Shown here: positions 13,163-25,207 of the stretch, piece by piece | Layout of the letters: every line of letters begins with the position of its first letter | Position numbering within the stretch: the first letter of the stretch is position 1 | DNA from: Burkholderiales bacterium | GTDB taxonomy: Bacteria > Pseudomonadota > Gammaproteobacteria > Burkholderiales > SG8-41 | DNA: 64,000 nt | Reading direction: 5' to 3' | NCBI GenBank assembly: GCA_030833315.1 | Contig: JAURHM010000002.1 | Coordinates: 1,323-65,322, forward strand | Translations under genes and position numbers: made by a program | The notes under the pieces: model-generated | Told to the model about the DNA's origin: nothing | What the model saw: the letters and a program-made list of their open reading frames with translations, nothing else | Database searches by the model: none

Positions 13163-13293
13163 ACGCTGAGGCGAGCCCGCCCTTTTGCGCGGCGCGCACG
13201 GATGACAGCGCGGCCGCCGCGCGTTTTCATGCGCACACGAAACCCGTGGGTCCGCTGGCGACGCGTTTTGGACGGTTGATAGGTGCGCTTCAT
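13159..13293 (-). CDS. rpmH: 50S ribosomal protein L34
   Basis: Hand translation gives [44 protein letters not shown] (44 aa). It is below the ORF-track size cutoff. Confidence 0.93.
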   Translation of the reverse strand: MKRTYQPSKTRRQRTHGFRVRMKTRGGRAVIRARRAKGRARLSV

Positions 13294-13496
13294 GGTGGTT
13301 CCTGATTTGGTGTTCTGGAAAACCCGACATTAGACACGGGCCGCCCCCACTGTGTCAACGTACGCGTAAAACGGCTTTTCCAGTCCCTCCGCCAGAATGT
13401 CGCCGTACGTTTGGTTGGCTTCGGCAATAAGGGGTAAAATCAGGGGTCAAATTTCCGCCCCACCCACGCTAACTCCGCTCCGCCCGATAGGGACGA

Positions 13497-14828
13497 ATGA
13501 ACGAATTCTGGCAACACTGTCTCTCGCTTTTTGCGCAAGAGATCGGGCAACAGCAGTTTGTCACCTGGATACAGCCGCTTCAATGTGGAGTTTCCGGCTC
13601 GCGGGTTACGATCACTGCACCCAACGGTTTTGTCCAGCGCTGGGTGCGCGACCGCTTCCACGCGCGGATTCTGGAGCTGGCCCGCGAACGTCTGGGCGAC
13701 GAAGCAACGGTGGATCTGGTTCTCGCAGAACGGGGTGCCGCCGTTGCAGTGCCCGCCGCAGCTGCGCCGGAAATGCCGGCGGTAAAGCCAGCACCTCCCT
13801 TACGCGACATTTCGCGTCTGAATCCCGGATTCACCTTCGATACCTTTGTCACGGGTAAAGCCAACGATCTGGCACGGGCGGCCGCACGTCAGGTGGCGGA
13901 AAAACCCGGCTCAGCCTACAACCCGCTGTTCGTCTACGGCGGTGTCGGGCTCGGCAAAACGCATTTAATCCACGCCATCGGCAATCACTTGCGCGCTCAC
14001 GCGCCGGAAAGCAAGATCCGCTATATCCACGCCGAGCAATATGTCTCTGACGTGGTGCGTGCCTATCAACACAAGGCCTTTGACGATTTCAAACGCTATT
14101 ACCACTCGCTCGATCTGCTGCTGATCGATGACATCCAGTTTTTTAGCGGCAAGAACCGCACGCAGGAAGAATTCTTCTATGCGTTCAACGCCCTGGTTGA
14201 GGCTCACAAGCAGGTGATCATCACCTGCGATACCTACCCTAAGGAAATTTCCGGTATCGAGAACCGCCTGATTTCCCGCTTCGGTTGGGGCTTGACGGTA
14301 GCGGTGGAACCACCCGAACTCGAAATGCGTGTTGCCATCCTGCTGAAAAAAGCCGGTGCCGATGGCTTGGCGCTGGATGAAAACGTGGCTTTCTTTATTG
14401 CCAAACACATTCAATCCAATATCCGTGAACTGGAAGGTGCGCTGAAACGGGTGTTAGCTTATTCCCGGTTCACCGGGCAACCGATCACCGTAGATCTGGC
14501 GCGCGAAGCACTGCGCGACGTGCTCGCTTCGCAAAGCCGGCAGGTCAGCATCGAGAACATCCAGAAAACCGTTGCGGACTATTACAAGATCAAAGTGTCC
14601 GAGATGTATTCGAAAAAACGCACGCGTAATGTCGCACGTCCCCGCCAGGTTGCCATGGCCCTAGCCAAGGAACTGACGCAGATGAGCCTCCCGGACATCG
14701 GCGAAGCGTTTGGCGGACGCGACCACACAACGGTATTGCATGCCTGCCGCAAGATCGCAGAACTGCGTGGCAGCAGTACAGACATCACGAGCGATATTGC
14801 TTCTTTGCTGAAGGTATTACGCAGTTGA
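13497..14828 (+). CDS. dnaA: Chromosomal replication initiator DnaA
   Basis: 443 aa with AAA+ Walker [19 protein letters not shown] and the C-terminal DNA-binding helix ([12 protein letters not shown]). Confidence 0.97.
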   Translation: MNEFWQHCLSLFAQEIGQQQFVTWIQPLQCGVSGSRVTITAPNGFVQRWVRDRFHARILELARERLGDEATVDLVLAERGAAVAVPAAAAPEMPAVKPAPPLRDISRLNPGFTFDTFVTGKANDLARAAARQVAEKPGSAYNPLFVYGGVGLGKTHLIHAIGNHLRAHAPESKIRYIHAEQYVSDVVRAYQHKAFDDFKRYYHSLDLLLIDDIQFFSGKNRTQEEFFYAFNALVEAHKQVIITCDTYPKEISGIENRLISRFGWGLTVAVEPPELEMRVAILLKKAGADGLALDENVAFFIAKHIQSNIRELEGALKRVLAYSRFTGQPITVDLAREALRDVLASQSRQVSIENIQKTVADYYKIKVSEMYSKKRTRNVARPRQVAMALAKELTQMSLPDIGEAFGGRDHTTVLHACRKIAELRGSSTDITSDIASLLKVLRS

Positions 14829-14844
14829 TGACGGGTGCATACTT

Positions 14845-14900
14845 TGTGCATAACTAATGAAATGGCTGTCCGGTCGTTATTTCATCCTTTTTTTTCCACA
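14845..14900. promoter_or_regulatory. Two DnaA-box matches (TTWTNCACA) in the AT-rich dnaA-dnaN spacer
   Basis: tgtgcataa at 14845-14853 is the reverse complement of TTATGCACA. ttttccaca lies at 14892-14900. The surrounding 203-bp spacer is visibly AT-rich compared with the flanking CDSs. Confidence 0.4.
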
Positions 14901-15031
14901 GGCAATCCCCAGCTTTAACAGAGATTCAGGATGACGATAAATGCTTTGCAATCAAGCGTTAAAGTAAGATTTCAACAGCAAACGAGCCTCTCTATTAGCT
15001 ATTACTATTCTTTTTAAAAGAAACTATTAAT

Positions 15032-16141
15032 ATGAAACTCGTCCAACTCCCGCGAGATACCCTACTCAAACCGCTACAAGCTGTCACTGGCATCGTTGAA
15101 CGGCGACATACGCTGCCTATCCTGTCTAATGTATTGATCGAAAGGCATGAAGACAGCCTGCGTTTTGTCGCCACCGATCTGGAACTGCAGATCGCAACTT
15201 CCAGCGCGATGGATAAAAAAGCCGGCGAGACACTGGCCGTCACGGTTTCAGCGCGCAAGCTGGTCGATATTCTTCGTGCATTGCCTGACGGCAGCGACGT
15301 CGCTCTGGAACTGGCAAACAACCGCCTTCAGGTGAAAACCGGCAAAAGCCGCTTCAACCTGCAGACCCTGCCGGCAACTGACTTTCCGGCGCTGGCCGAT
15401 GCGGGCAAGCCGCAGAGCAGCTTCAGGATTTCCCAGGGAGTTACACGAAAGCTGCTGGCGCTGGTGCAATACGCCATGGCGCAGCAGGACATCCGCTACT
15501 ACCTGAACGGCTTGCTGCTGGTGACCGAAGGCAAGGATCTGCGTGTGGTGGCCACCGATGGGCACCGTTTGAGCTATGCCGTTACCGCACTGTCAGCCGA
15601 GCAGGAAAAAACCGAAGTTATCCTGCCGCGCAAAGCCATTCTGGAACTCGCCCGTCAGCTGAACGACAACGATGATCCTCTGGATGTGGCGATTCATGCC
15701 AATCAGGTGCGTTTCCGTTTTGGCGAAGTCGATCTGACCACCAAGGTCATCGACGGCAAGTTCCCCGATTATCAGCGCGTCATTCCCAGTAATTACGAAA
15801 AGCACATTGCACTGGACCGAGATGAACTGCAGCGCGCCCTGCAGCGTGCCGCCATCCTGTCCAACGAAAAATTCCGCGGCGTGCGCTGGATGCTGACCAA
15901 GGACAGTCTGCGCATTTCCTGCAGCAACAACGAGCAGGAAGAGGCCCAAGAGGAACTCGAAGTCGAATTCAGCGGTGACCCCCTGGATGTGGGTTTCAAC
16001 GTCACCTACCTCCTCGACGTGCTCAGCAATGTGCCTCCAGGGAAAGTCACCTGCTCCTTCGGCGACGCCAACAGCAGCATGCTGATCACGTTACCGGGCC
16101 GCGACGATTTCCGTTATGTCGTGATGCCGATGCGGATCTAA
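15032..16141 (+). CDS. dnaN: DNA polymerase III subunit beta (sliding clamp)
   Basis: 369 aa starting MKLVQLPRDTLLKPLQAVTGIVERRHTLPILSNVLIE and ending MPMRI, both typical of DnaN. Confidence 0.96.
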   Translation: MKLVQLPRDTLLKPLQAVTGIVERRHTLPILSNVLIERHEDSLRFVATDLELQIATSSAMDKKAGETLAVTVSARKLVDILRALPDGSDVALELANNRLQVKTGKSRFNLQTLPATDFPALADAGKPQSSFRISQGVTRKLLALVQYAMAQQDIRYYLNGLLLVTEGKDLRVVATDGHRLSYAVTALSAEQEKTEVILPRKAILELARQLNDNDDPLDVAIHANQVRFRFGEVDLTTKVIDGKFPDYQRVIPSNYEKHIALDRDELQRALQRAAILSNEKFRGVRWMLTKDSLRISCSNNEQEEAQEELEVEFSGDPLDVGFNVTYLLDVLSNVPPGKVTCSFGDANSSMLITLPGRDDFRYVVMPMRI

Positions 16142-18595
<2,454 letters not shown>

Positions 18596-18616
18596 TTGAT
18601 CTGCACGCAATAAAAA

Positions 18617-18646
18617 CGGCCACCACCGCGTTTGCAGTGGTGGCCG
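18617..18646. terminator. Hairpin between convergent gyrB and topB (likely bidirectional terminator)
   Basis: cggccaccac-cgcgtttgca-gtggtggccg forms a 10-bp GC-rich stem. It is followed by taattatttgtttt on the plus strand and preceded by aaaaa. Confidence 0.6.
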
Positions 18647-18666
18647 TAATTATTTGTTTTAATTAA

Positions 18667-21237
18667 TTATTTTTTGGCTTTGGTCGCCCGCTTTTTAGAG
18701 CGCACCGGTTTTTCCTCAACAGCGGCCGGTGTGGCTTTTTTGACCTTGACCGGTTTGGCGGCGCTGTCATCCGCACCGGCCTTCGCTGCTCGCGGTGCAA
18801 ATTCAAATCCCACTTTGCCGTCCGGCTGCCGCACCAGGAAAGCCTTGAAGCGGCGGCCGTTGCGGTTAGAGACAAAGGCATCGAGCAGGTCGGTGCGTCC
18901 CATCTTCAACAGCTTCTGCATCTGTTCGCGCTGGATTTCCTGACGCAGGATAACCTTGCCAGATCGGAAATCACACTTCTTGGCCGGCGTGTTTTCACAG
19001 ACGTAATTCATGCCGTGCTCATACACTTTGCCGCCGCATTTCGGGCAGTCGCCCAGCGCCTGCTGAGTGGAGAAATCGATTTCTTCCGGTTCATCGTCCG
19101 GATTGCTGTTGCCGAAATCGAACTCCAGCTTGAAGTTGCTGGTTTCCTTGTCAGGCACGATGCGCAGAATGGCGGCAAACGGACGGCCCATTTTAGACCG
19201 GAATCCCTGCAGCGGACCGATTTCGCGTTCCTGCAACAACTGCTCCACTTCCGGAATCTCGAACTGGCGGCCCCCGGGAATTTTTGTAATTGAAAATTCG
19301 CAGCCGTCACAGGCAAAGCGACGGTAGTTTTCCTTGATCACCCCACCGCAATTCGGGCAAGGCGTTTTCAGGGTGGTGTAATCGCCGGGAATGGTTTCGT
19401 TGTTGTATTCCTTGGCCGTCTTGACGATACGCTCGGTCATACGGGCGATTTCCTTCATGAACGTCGCCCGTTTCAGCTTGCCGCGCTCCATCTGTAGCAG
19501 TTTGTATTCCCATTCGCCCGTGAGTTCCGGCTGGGTTAGTTCCTTGACGTCCAGTCCGTTGAGCAGCGTCAGCAACTGGAAGGCCTTGGCGGTCGGAATC
19601 AGCTCGCGGCCTTCGCGCACCAGATATTTTTCCGCGATCAGGCGTTCGATCACCGCGGCGCGTGTTGCTGGCGTACCGAGACCTTTCTGCGCCATCGCTT
19701 CGCGCAACTCGTCGTCGTCGATCAGCTTGCCGGCGCCTTCCATCGCGGTCAGCAGGGTGGCTTCCGAGTAACGGGCAGGCGGACGTGTCGCCAGTGAAAT
19801 CACATCGACGGCCAAAGCCAGCGGTTGTTCATCTTTGGCCACCGGCGGCAGATTGGCGCTTTCCTGCTGCTCGTCCTTGCCGTAAATCGCGAGCCAGCCC
19901 GGCTTGACCAGGATCTTGCCCTCGGTCTTGAACTTGTGGGTGGCGACTTCGGTAATGCGTGTGGTCACCAGGTATTCCGCGGCAGGGAAAAACACTGCCA
20001 TGAAGCGGCGCACCACCAGATCGTAAATCTTCTGTTGTACGTCGTTGAGCGCCTTCGGCGGCTGCGGCGTCGGAATGATCGCAAAGTGGTCGGAGATTTT
20101 CGTGTTGTCGAAAATCCGCTTGTTCGGCTTGATCCACTTGTTCTTAATGATTTCCTTGGCGTGCGGACGCAATCCGGTGTCCTCGGCCAGCGCATCGATC
20201 GTCGCTTTGACGGTATCGATATAGTCTTCGGGCAGGTGGCGCGAATCCGTCCGCGGATAGGTCAGCGCCTTGTGCCGTTCATAAAGTTCCTGGGCGATCG
20301 ACAGCGTGGTCTTCGCCGAAAAACCGAAACGGCCGTTGGCTTCACGCTGCAGCGAGGTCAGGTCGAACAGCCCCGGCGCCAGTTGTGAAGACGGCTTGGA
20401 TTCCTCGGTGACGGTGCCAACCTTGCCGCGGCAGGCTTCGGCGATCTTGTCGGCTCTGGCCTGCTCCCAAAGCCGGCTTTCGCGGCGCTCGACGTCGTTT
20501 TCGTCTTTCTTGAACGCAGGATCAAACCAGCGGCCTTCGTAGTCGCCGGCTTTGGCGCCGAAGGTAGCGCGGATTTCCCAGTAATCGCGCGGTACGAATT
20601 TGCGGATTTTCTGTTCGCGGTCGACCACAATCATCAGTGTCGGCGTCTGCACGCGGCCGACGGTGGTCAGATAAAAGCCGCCGCCCTTGCTGTTGAACGC
20701 GGTCATCGCGCGCGTGCCGTTGATGCCGACCAGCCAGTCGGCTTCGCTGCGGCTGCGCGCGGCGTCGGCCAGCGGCTGCATGTCATCATCGGAGCGCAGG
20801 TTCGCGAAGCCGTCGCGGATCGCTGCAGGGGTCATCGACTGCAGCCACAGCCGCGAGACCGGTTTGTTGGTTTTTGTCGCCTGCGCGATGTAACGGAAAA
20901 TCAGTTCGCCTTCGCGTCCCGCGTCACAGGCGTTAATCAGCGCGGTAACGTCTTTGCGCTTCAGCAGCTTGGCAAGCACCTTCAGCCTCGGTTCGCTTTT
21001 GGCGATCGGGTTCAGATCAAAGTGCGGCGGAATCACCGGCAAATTGGCAAAGGACCACTTACCACGTTTGACTTCGAACTCTTCGGGTGCGGCGATTTCC
21101 AGCAGGTGGCCGACCGCGGACGACAGTACGTAATCGTCACTTTCGAAAAATTCGCCGTGTCGTGTGAAGCCGCCAAGCGCTTTGGCGATGTCGCCGGCAA
21201 CCGAAGGTTTTTCCGCGATGATGAGCGTTTTGGCCAT
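18667..21237 (-). CDS. topB: Type IA DNA topoisomerase, Topo III-like, with two C-terminal zinc ribbons and a Lys-rich tail
   Basis: 856 aa. The N-terminus LIIAEKPSVAGDIAKAL...SAVGHL and CDAGREGELIF match the TopB type rather than the TopA type. It also has CPNCGG...CDGC and CPKCGG...KCDF zinc ribbons, and ends KPVKVKKATPAAVEEKPVRSKKRATKAKK. Confidence 0.88.
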   Translation of the reverse strand: MAKTLIIAEKPSVAGDIAKALGGFTRHGEFFESDDYVLSSAVGHLLEIAAPEEFEVKRGKWSFANLPVIPPHFDLNPIAKSEPRLKVLAKLLKRKDVTALINACDAGREGELIFRYIAQATKTNKPVSRLWLQSMTPAAIRDGFANLRSDDDMQPLADAARSRSEADWLVGINGTRAMTAFNSKGGGFYLTTVGRVQTPTLMIVVDREQKIRKFVPRDYWEIRATFGAKAGDYEGRWFDPAFKKDENDVERRESRLWEQARADKIAEACRGKVGTVTEESKPSSQLAPGLFDLTSLQREANGRFGFSAKTTLSIAQELYERHKALTYPRTDSRHLPEDYIDTVKATIDALAEDTGLRPHAKEIIKNKWIKPNKRIFDNTKISDHFAIIPTPQPPKALNDVQQKIYDLVVRRFMAVFFPAAEYLVTTRITEVATHKFKTEGKILVKPGWLAIYGKDEQQESANLPPVAKDEQPLALAVDVISLATRPPARYSEATLLTAMEGAGKLIDDDELREAMAQKGLGTPATRAAVIERLIAEKYLVREGRELIPTAKAFQLLTLLNGLDVKELTQPELTGEWEYKLLQMERGKLKRATFMKEIARMTERIVKTAKEYNNETIPGDYTTLKTPCPNCGGVIKENYRRFACDGCEFSITKIPGGRQFEIPEVEQLLQEREIGPLQGFRSKMGRPFAAILRIVPDKETSNFKLEFDFGNSNPDDEPEEIDFSTQQALGDCPKCGGKVYEHGMNYVCENTPAKKCDFRSGKVILRQEIQREQMQKLLKMGRTDLLDAFVSNRNGRRFKAFLVRQPDGKVGFEFAPRAAKAGADDSAAKPVKVKKATPAAVEEKPVRSKKRATKAKK

Positions 21238-21351
21238 TCTAAGCTTTTGATTTTGCGGGCGTTAATGCCGGACCACGGAAGCGCGGTGTGGCTGCGCCGA
21301 GGAAAAGAGCGCCCGATGATAAGAACAATCCCCGGCCAGCGCAAGCCGGTT

Positions 21352-22437
21352 TCAACGGATGCGTTGCCAGCGTCCCCCGGGCAGGGACTCAATTAATCCT
21401 GTTAATTCAAGTTCGGTAAGCACACTATTAATAGCCGAAGCGGCGAGGCCGCTGCGCTGCTGCAAAGTGTCGGTATCGACCGGGTCAAAGCCCAAGTGCT
21501 GCAACAGCGAATGTTCTCCCGCCACATCATCGACCGCCGATTCCTGTGGTAATCGTGGTGAAAGCGCACCCAGTTCTTCCAGTACATCCTTTGCGGATTC
21601 CACCAGTTTGGCGCCCTGCTTGATCAGCGCATGGCAGCCTTTAGCCAGCGGCGAATGAATCGAACCCGGGATTGCGAATACGTCGCGGCCCTGTTCGGCG
21701 GCAAGCCGCGCCGTGATCAGCGAACCGCTGGACACCGCTGCTTCAACCACCAGCACGCCGTGCGACAGTCCGCAAATCAGGCGATTGCGCCGCGGGAAAT
21801 TGGCGGCGACGCCGGGCGTCCCCAAAGCAAACTCCGAAATGATCAGGCCTTCTGCAGCGATCCGGTGCGCCAGTTCACGGTTGCGCGCCGGATAAACCAC
21901 ATCCAGTCCGGTGCCGACAACGGCGATGGTTGAGGCTGCACCGGCGAGACCGCCGCGATGCGCCGCGGCATCAATACCCAGTGCCAGACCGCTGACGATG
22001 GTGAATCCCGCGTCGCTGAGTGTTGCAGCGAAGGCCTCGGCATTGCTGACACCTTGTGCCGTGGCGTTGCGGCTGCCGACGATAGCAAAGCCGCACCGGT
22101 TCAGCAGTTCGATCCGGCCTTTGGCGTAAAGCAGCGGTGGTGGATCGGCAATTTCGAGCAGCGCCTTCGGGTAATCGGCATCGGCGAAGGTAATGATTTG
22201 GTTGGCGGGATCAGCCAACCATTGCGAAACCGCCTCGAGTTGCTCGCTGGATGCGCCGCCATCGCGAATTGCAGACGCCAGTTTGGCGGAGACGGTCTGT
22301 GAAAGATCATGGATGCTGGCCGACAGGATGTTCCGAGGCGAGCCGTGAGCAACGAGCAATTTGCGTAGCGTCTGCGGACCGATGCCGTTGAGCAGGCTCA
22401 GGCTCAGCCAAGCCTCGAGATCGGGGTCCAGCGCCAT
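21352..22437 (-). CDS. dprA: DNA-processing protein DprA (Smf)
   Basis: 361 aa with an N-terminal SAM-like LLNGIGPQTLRKLL and a Rossmann core (VGSRNAT, GLALGIDAAAHRG). Neighbourhood with def/fmt is conserved. Confidence 0.9.
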   Translation of the reverse strand: MALDPDLEAWLSLSLLNGIGPQTLRKLLVAHGSPRNILSASIHDLSQTVSAKLASAIRDGGASSEQLEAVSQWLADPANQIITFADADYPKALLEIADPPPLLYAKGRIELLNRCGFAIVGSRNATAQGVSNAEAFAATLSDAGFTIVSGLALGIDAAAHRGGLAGAASTIAVVGTGLDVVYPARNRELAHRIAAEGLIISEFALGTPGVAANFPRRNRLICGLSHGVLVVEAAVSSGSLITARLAAEQGRDVFAIPGSIHSPLAKGCHALIKQGAKLVESAKDVLEELGALSPRLPQESAVDDVAGEHSLLQHLGFDPVDTDTLQQRSGLAASAINSVLTELELTGLIESLPGGRWQRIR

Positions 22438-22478
22438 GATGACAGGTATTAAATCGCGGGACGCAAGGCCCCGTGGAA

Positions 22479-23621
22479 TCAGGGATTGGTGACGAAGTCG
22501 CTGATCGCGACCGGGCGGCTGGCCTGCATCACTAGCGCGAACGAAGCGCGGTCGAAGGTGCGGAACACCATGACCACTCCGTAACGGTCATCCGGCAGCT
22601 TGGCGATATCGTTGCGGGTAACCGCTTCGCCTTTGCCCAAGATAACATCGCGCGGCGGCAGTGGCTCGGTGTAATAGACGCGCGGAGAATCACTCCCGCT
22701 GATGCCCGAACGGCCGAATAACGGTTCGGTACGCTGGCTGTAACGCGCTGCGGTCTGGCTGCGTTCAATCGCCAGAACGGCACCGACCTGCAAACCGTCC
22801 TTGCTGCCTTTCGACAGCGCAACAATCGACAGCGGACCGGTTTCCTGCAGGCTGCCGTAAGTCGAAATGATGCGGCCCTTGACCGGCGCCAGCGGCGTGT
22901 GCGGAACATAGGAAAATACGGGTGCCTGTTTGCCTAGCGCAATCAGCCGGTCATCACGATAGATTTCCTGTACGGAGCGCACGATATCGATGGTGGCGAC
23001 TTCGCCGTGTTTGATGACGCGGGCATCCCCGAGGTAAGTCGCTTCGTAGCCGAGGACTTCATTGGTATCAGGATCAATCAGCGCATTGCCGCGGCGGAAA
23101 ATCTGCCACTGGTCGCCCATTTCCTTGGTGATGCCCTGCGCGAAGGCGCGGTCGCCGGCGCCTAGCGTGACACGGCTTTCCGCAGTGGCAACAATGCGCG
23201 ATGCACCGTCGAGTTCGTTGGCGCTTACGACCAGCGGCTTGGACAGGAAGGGTTCAATGGCGGAGGGCGGAATGCTCGGCAAGGCATTCCGTGAAGAACG
23301 CTCCTCGCGGATCCGCGGTTCCAATTTGGTCGTTTCAAGCTGGACCAGCGCCAGCTGGGCTTTACCGCCGCTGCGGTCCAGCACGAGGGTGTCGCCGGGG
23401 AAAATCAGGTGCGGATTTGTCATCTGCTCCTGATTCATTTTCCACAGCTCGGGCCAGCGCCAGGGTTCCTTAAGGTAGCGGCCGGAAATATTCCACAAGG
23501 TGTCGCCTTTTTGCACCATATAGCGCTCGGGGGCGTTGTCCTTAAGTGCCGGGACGTCTGCGGCCAGCACAGTCCATGCGGGAGTTATCAACAAAATCAG
23601 GGATATAATTGATATTCGCAT
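22479..23621 (-). CDS. Secreted LysM peptidoglycan-binding domain protein
   Basis: Trimmed to MRISIISLILLITPAWTVLA, a signal peptide. It has a LysM motif (YMVQKGDTLWNISGRYL...IFPGDTLVL) and is divergent from def. Confidence 0.8.
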   Translation of the reverse strand: MRISIISLILLITPAWTVLAADVPALKDNAPERYMVQKGDTLWNISGRYLKEPWRWPELWKMNQEQMTNPHLIFPGDTLVLDRSGGKAQLALVQLETTKLEPRIREERSSRNALPSIPPSAIEPFLSKPLVVSANELDGASRIVATAESRVTLGAGDRAFAQGITKEMGDQWQIFRRGNALIDPDTNEVLGYEATYLGDARVIKHGEVATIDIVRSVQEIYRDDRLIALGKQAPVFSYVPHTPLAPVKGRIISTYGSLQETGPLSIVALSKGSKDGLQVGAVLAIERSQTAARYSQRTEPLFGRSGISGSDSPRVYYTEPLPPRDVILGKGEAVTRNDIAKLPDDRYGVVMVFRTFDRASFALVMQASRPVAISDFVTNP

Positions 23622-23734
23622 GTGGGGCCCCACCTTATGTGCGCGCGTCGTTGACGCAGGGTGCAGAAGCCGCCTGCCAACGTGAGAGTTTAGTTTAAAT
23701 TCTGCATCTAGTTGATTAAATAGGCAAGTTTTTC

Positions 23735-24238
23735 ATGGCTTTGCTACAGATCCTTCACTACCCTGATCCGCGTTTGCAAAAGGTAGCCGCAGCGGTTACC
23801 CGGGTAGATGACGAAATACGCAAATTAATCAAAGACATGGCTGAAACCATGTATGCCGCGCCAGGTATTGGTCTCGCCGCAACACAAGTCAATGTGCATC
23901 TGCGCGTGCTGGTGATCGATATTTCAGAAACCCACGATCAGTTGCAGGTCTTCATCAATCCCGAAATCATACGCGCCGAAGGCGAAGAAGAATGTGAAGA
24001 AGGTTGTCTTTCGGTACCCGGGATCTACGAAAAAGTCACCCGCGCGGCAAAAGTCACATTCAAAGCGCTGGATGAACAGGGACGCGAGCGCATAGTTGAA
24101 GCCGACGGACTGATGGCCGTGTGTATCCAGCATGAAATGGATCATCTGATCGGCCGCGTATTCGTCGAAAAGTTGTCGCGCCTGAAACAACAACGTATCA
24201 CCGCCAAGCTGACCAAGCAGCAGCGTCAGGCCCTGTAA
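23735..24238 (+). CDS. def: Peptide deformylase
   Basis: 167 aa carrying the [16 protein letters not shown] and HEMDHL motifs. Confidence 0.95.
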   Translation: MALLQILHYPDPRLQKVAAAVTRVDDEIRKLIKDMAETMYAAPGIGLAATQVNVHLRVLVIDISETHDQLQVFINPEIIRAEGEEECEEGCLSVPGIYEKVTRAAKVTFKALDEQGRERIVEADGLMAVCIQHEMDHLIGRVFVEKLSRLKQQRITAKLTKQQRQAL

Positions 24239-24268
24239 CGCCGGCCCCAACCCCGGCAACCCCACCAC

Positions 24269-25186
24269 ATGAACATCCTATTTGCAGGAACGCCGGCTTT
24301 CGCCGCCGCCGCCCTGGACGCCCTGTTGCAGGCCGGCCATCAGGTGCCGCTGGTGCTGACCCAACCGGATCGCCCGGCGGGTCGCGGCCTCAAGCCGCAG
24401 GCCTCGGCGGTGAAACAGCTGGCCTTGTCAAAAGGACTGGCAGTGGCGCAACCGGTCACGCTAAAGGACGCCGCCGTGATTGCGCAGTTGGCCGCTGTGA
24501 ACGCCGACGTGATGGTCGTTGCGGCTTACGGGCTGATTCTGCCGCAACCGGTGCTCGATCTGCCGCGCCTGGGTTGTCTGAACATTCACGCTTCGCTGCT
24601 GCCGCGCTGGCGCGGCGCGGCGCCGATCCAGCGCGCCATCCTCGCCGGCGACCCTGAAACCGGTGTAACCATCATGCAGATGGATGCCGGACTCGACACC
24701 GGCGGGATGATCCTGAAGCAGGCGATCCCGATCGCTGAAAATGACAACGCGCAAACGCTCCATGACAAACTGGCCGCGCTGGGCGCTCAACTAATCGTCC
24801 GCGCCCTGCATGAACAACCCGCCGCGGTAGCGCAGGATCCGGCGCAGGCCAGCTACGCTGCAAAAATCACCAAGGCCGAAGCGCGCATCGACTGGACCCG
24901 GCCCGCTGCGGAACTGGCCCGCGCCATCCGCGCCTACAATCCGATGCCCGGCGCCTACACCGGATGGCAGGGACAGCCGCTGAAACTGTGGCGCGCCGAA
25001 GCCGTTTCGGCGGCGTCTGCCGTTCCCGGTACCGTATTGCAGGCGGACGCGCAGGGTATTGTCGTCGCCACAGGAGAGGGCGCGCTGCGGCTGCACGAAC
25101 TGCAGCGCGCCGGCAGCAAACGTCTCGCCGCGCAAGCCTTTCTTGCCGGCGCCACCCTCCATCCGGGCGATCACCTGGATGCCTGA
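24269..25186 (+). CDS. fmt: Methionyl-tRNA formyltransferase
   Basis: 305 aa containing [32 protein letters not shown] and a C-terminal tRNA-binding domain. Confidence 0.95.
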   Translation: MNILFAGTPAFAAAALDALLQAGHQVPLVLTQPDRPAGRGLKPQASAVKQLALSKGLAVAQPVTLKDAAVIAQLAAVNADVMVVAAYGLILPQPVLDLPRLGCLNIHASLLPRWRGAAPIQRAILAGDPETGVTIMQMDAGLDTGGMILKQAIPIAENDNAQTLHDKLAALGAQLIVRALHEQPAAVAQDPAQASYAAKITKAEARIDWTRPAAELARAIRAYNPMPGAYTGWQGQPLKLWRAEAVSAASAVPGTVLQADAQGIVVATGEGALRLHELQRAGSKRLAAQAFLAGATLHPGDHLDA

Positions 25187-25207
25187 ACCGCACAGGATGC
25201 TCTGAAC

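Noticed and set aside
13294-13496. rpmH-dnaA divergent spacer as oriC
   Set aside because: It is the classical location in some proteobacteria. Here it is GC-rich, and I found no 9-mer fitting TTWTNCACA and no AT-rich unwinding tract. At most it holds promoters. Skew analysis is needed to settle the origin.
18659-18666. Recurring TTAATTAA octamer at gene boundaries (also 1045-1052 and 63515-63522)
   Set aside because: It is a short AT palindrome that supplies stop codons on both strands in AT-rich spacers. Three copies in 64 kb of intergenic AT-rich sequence are not convincing as a repeat element.
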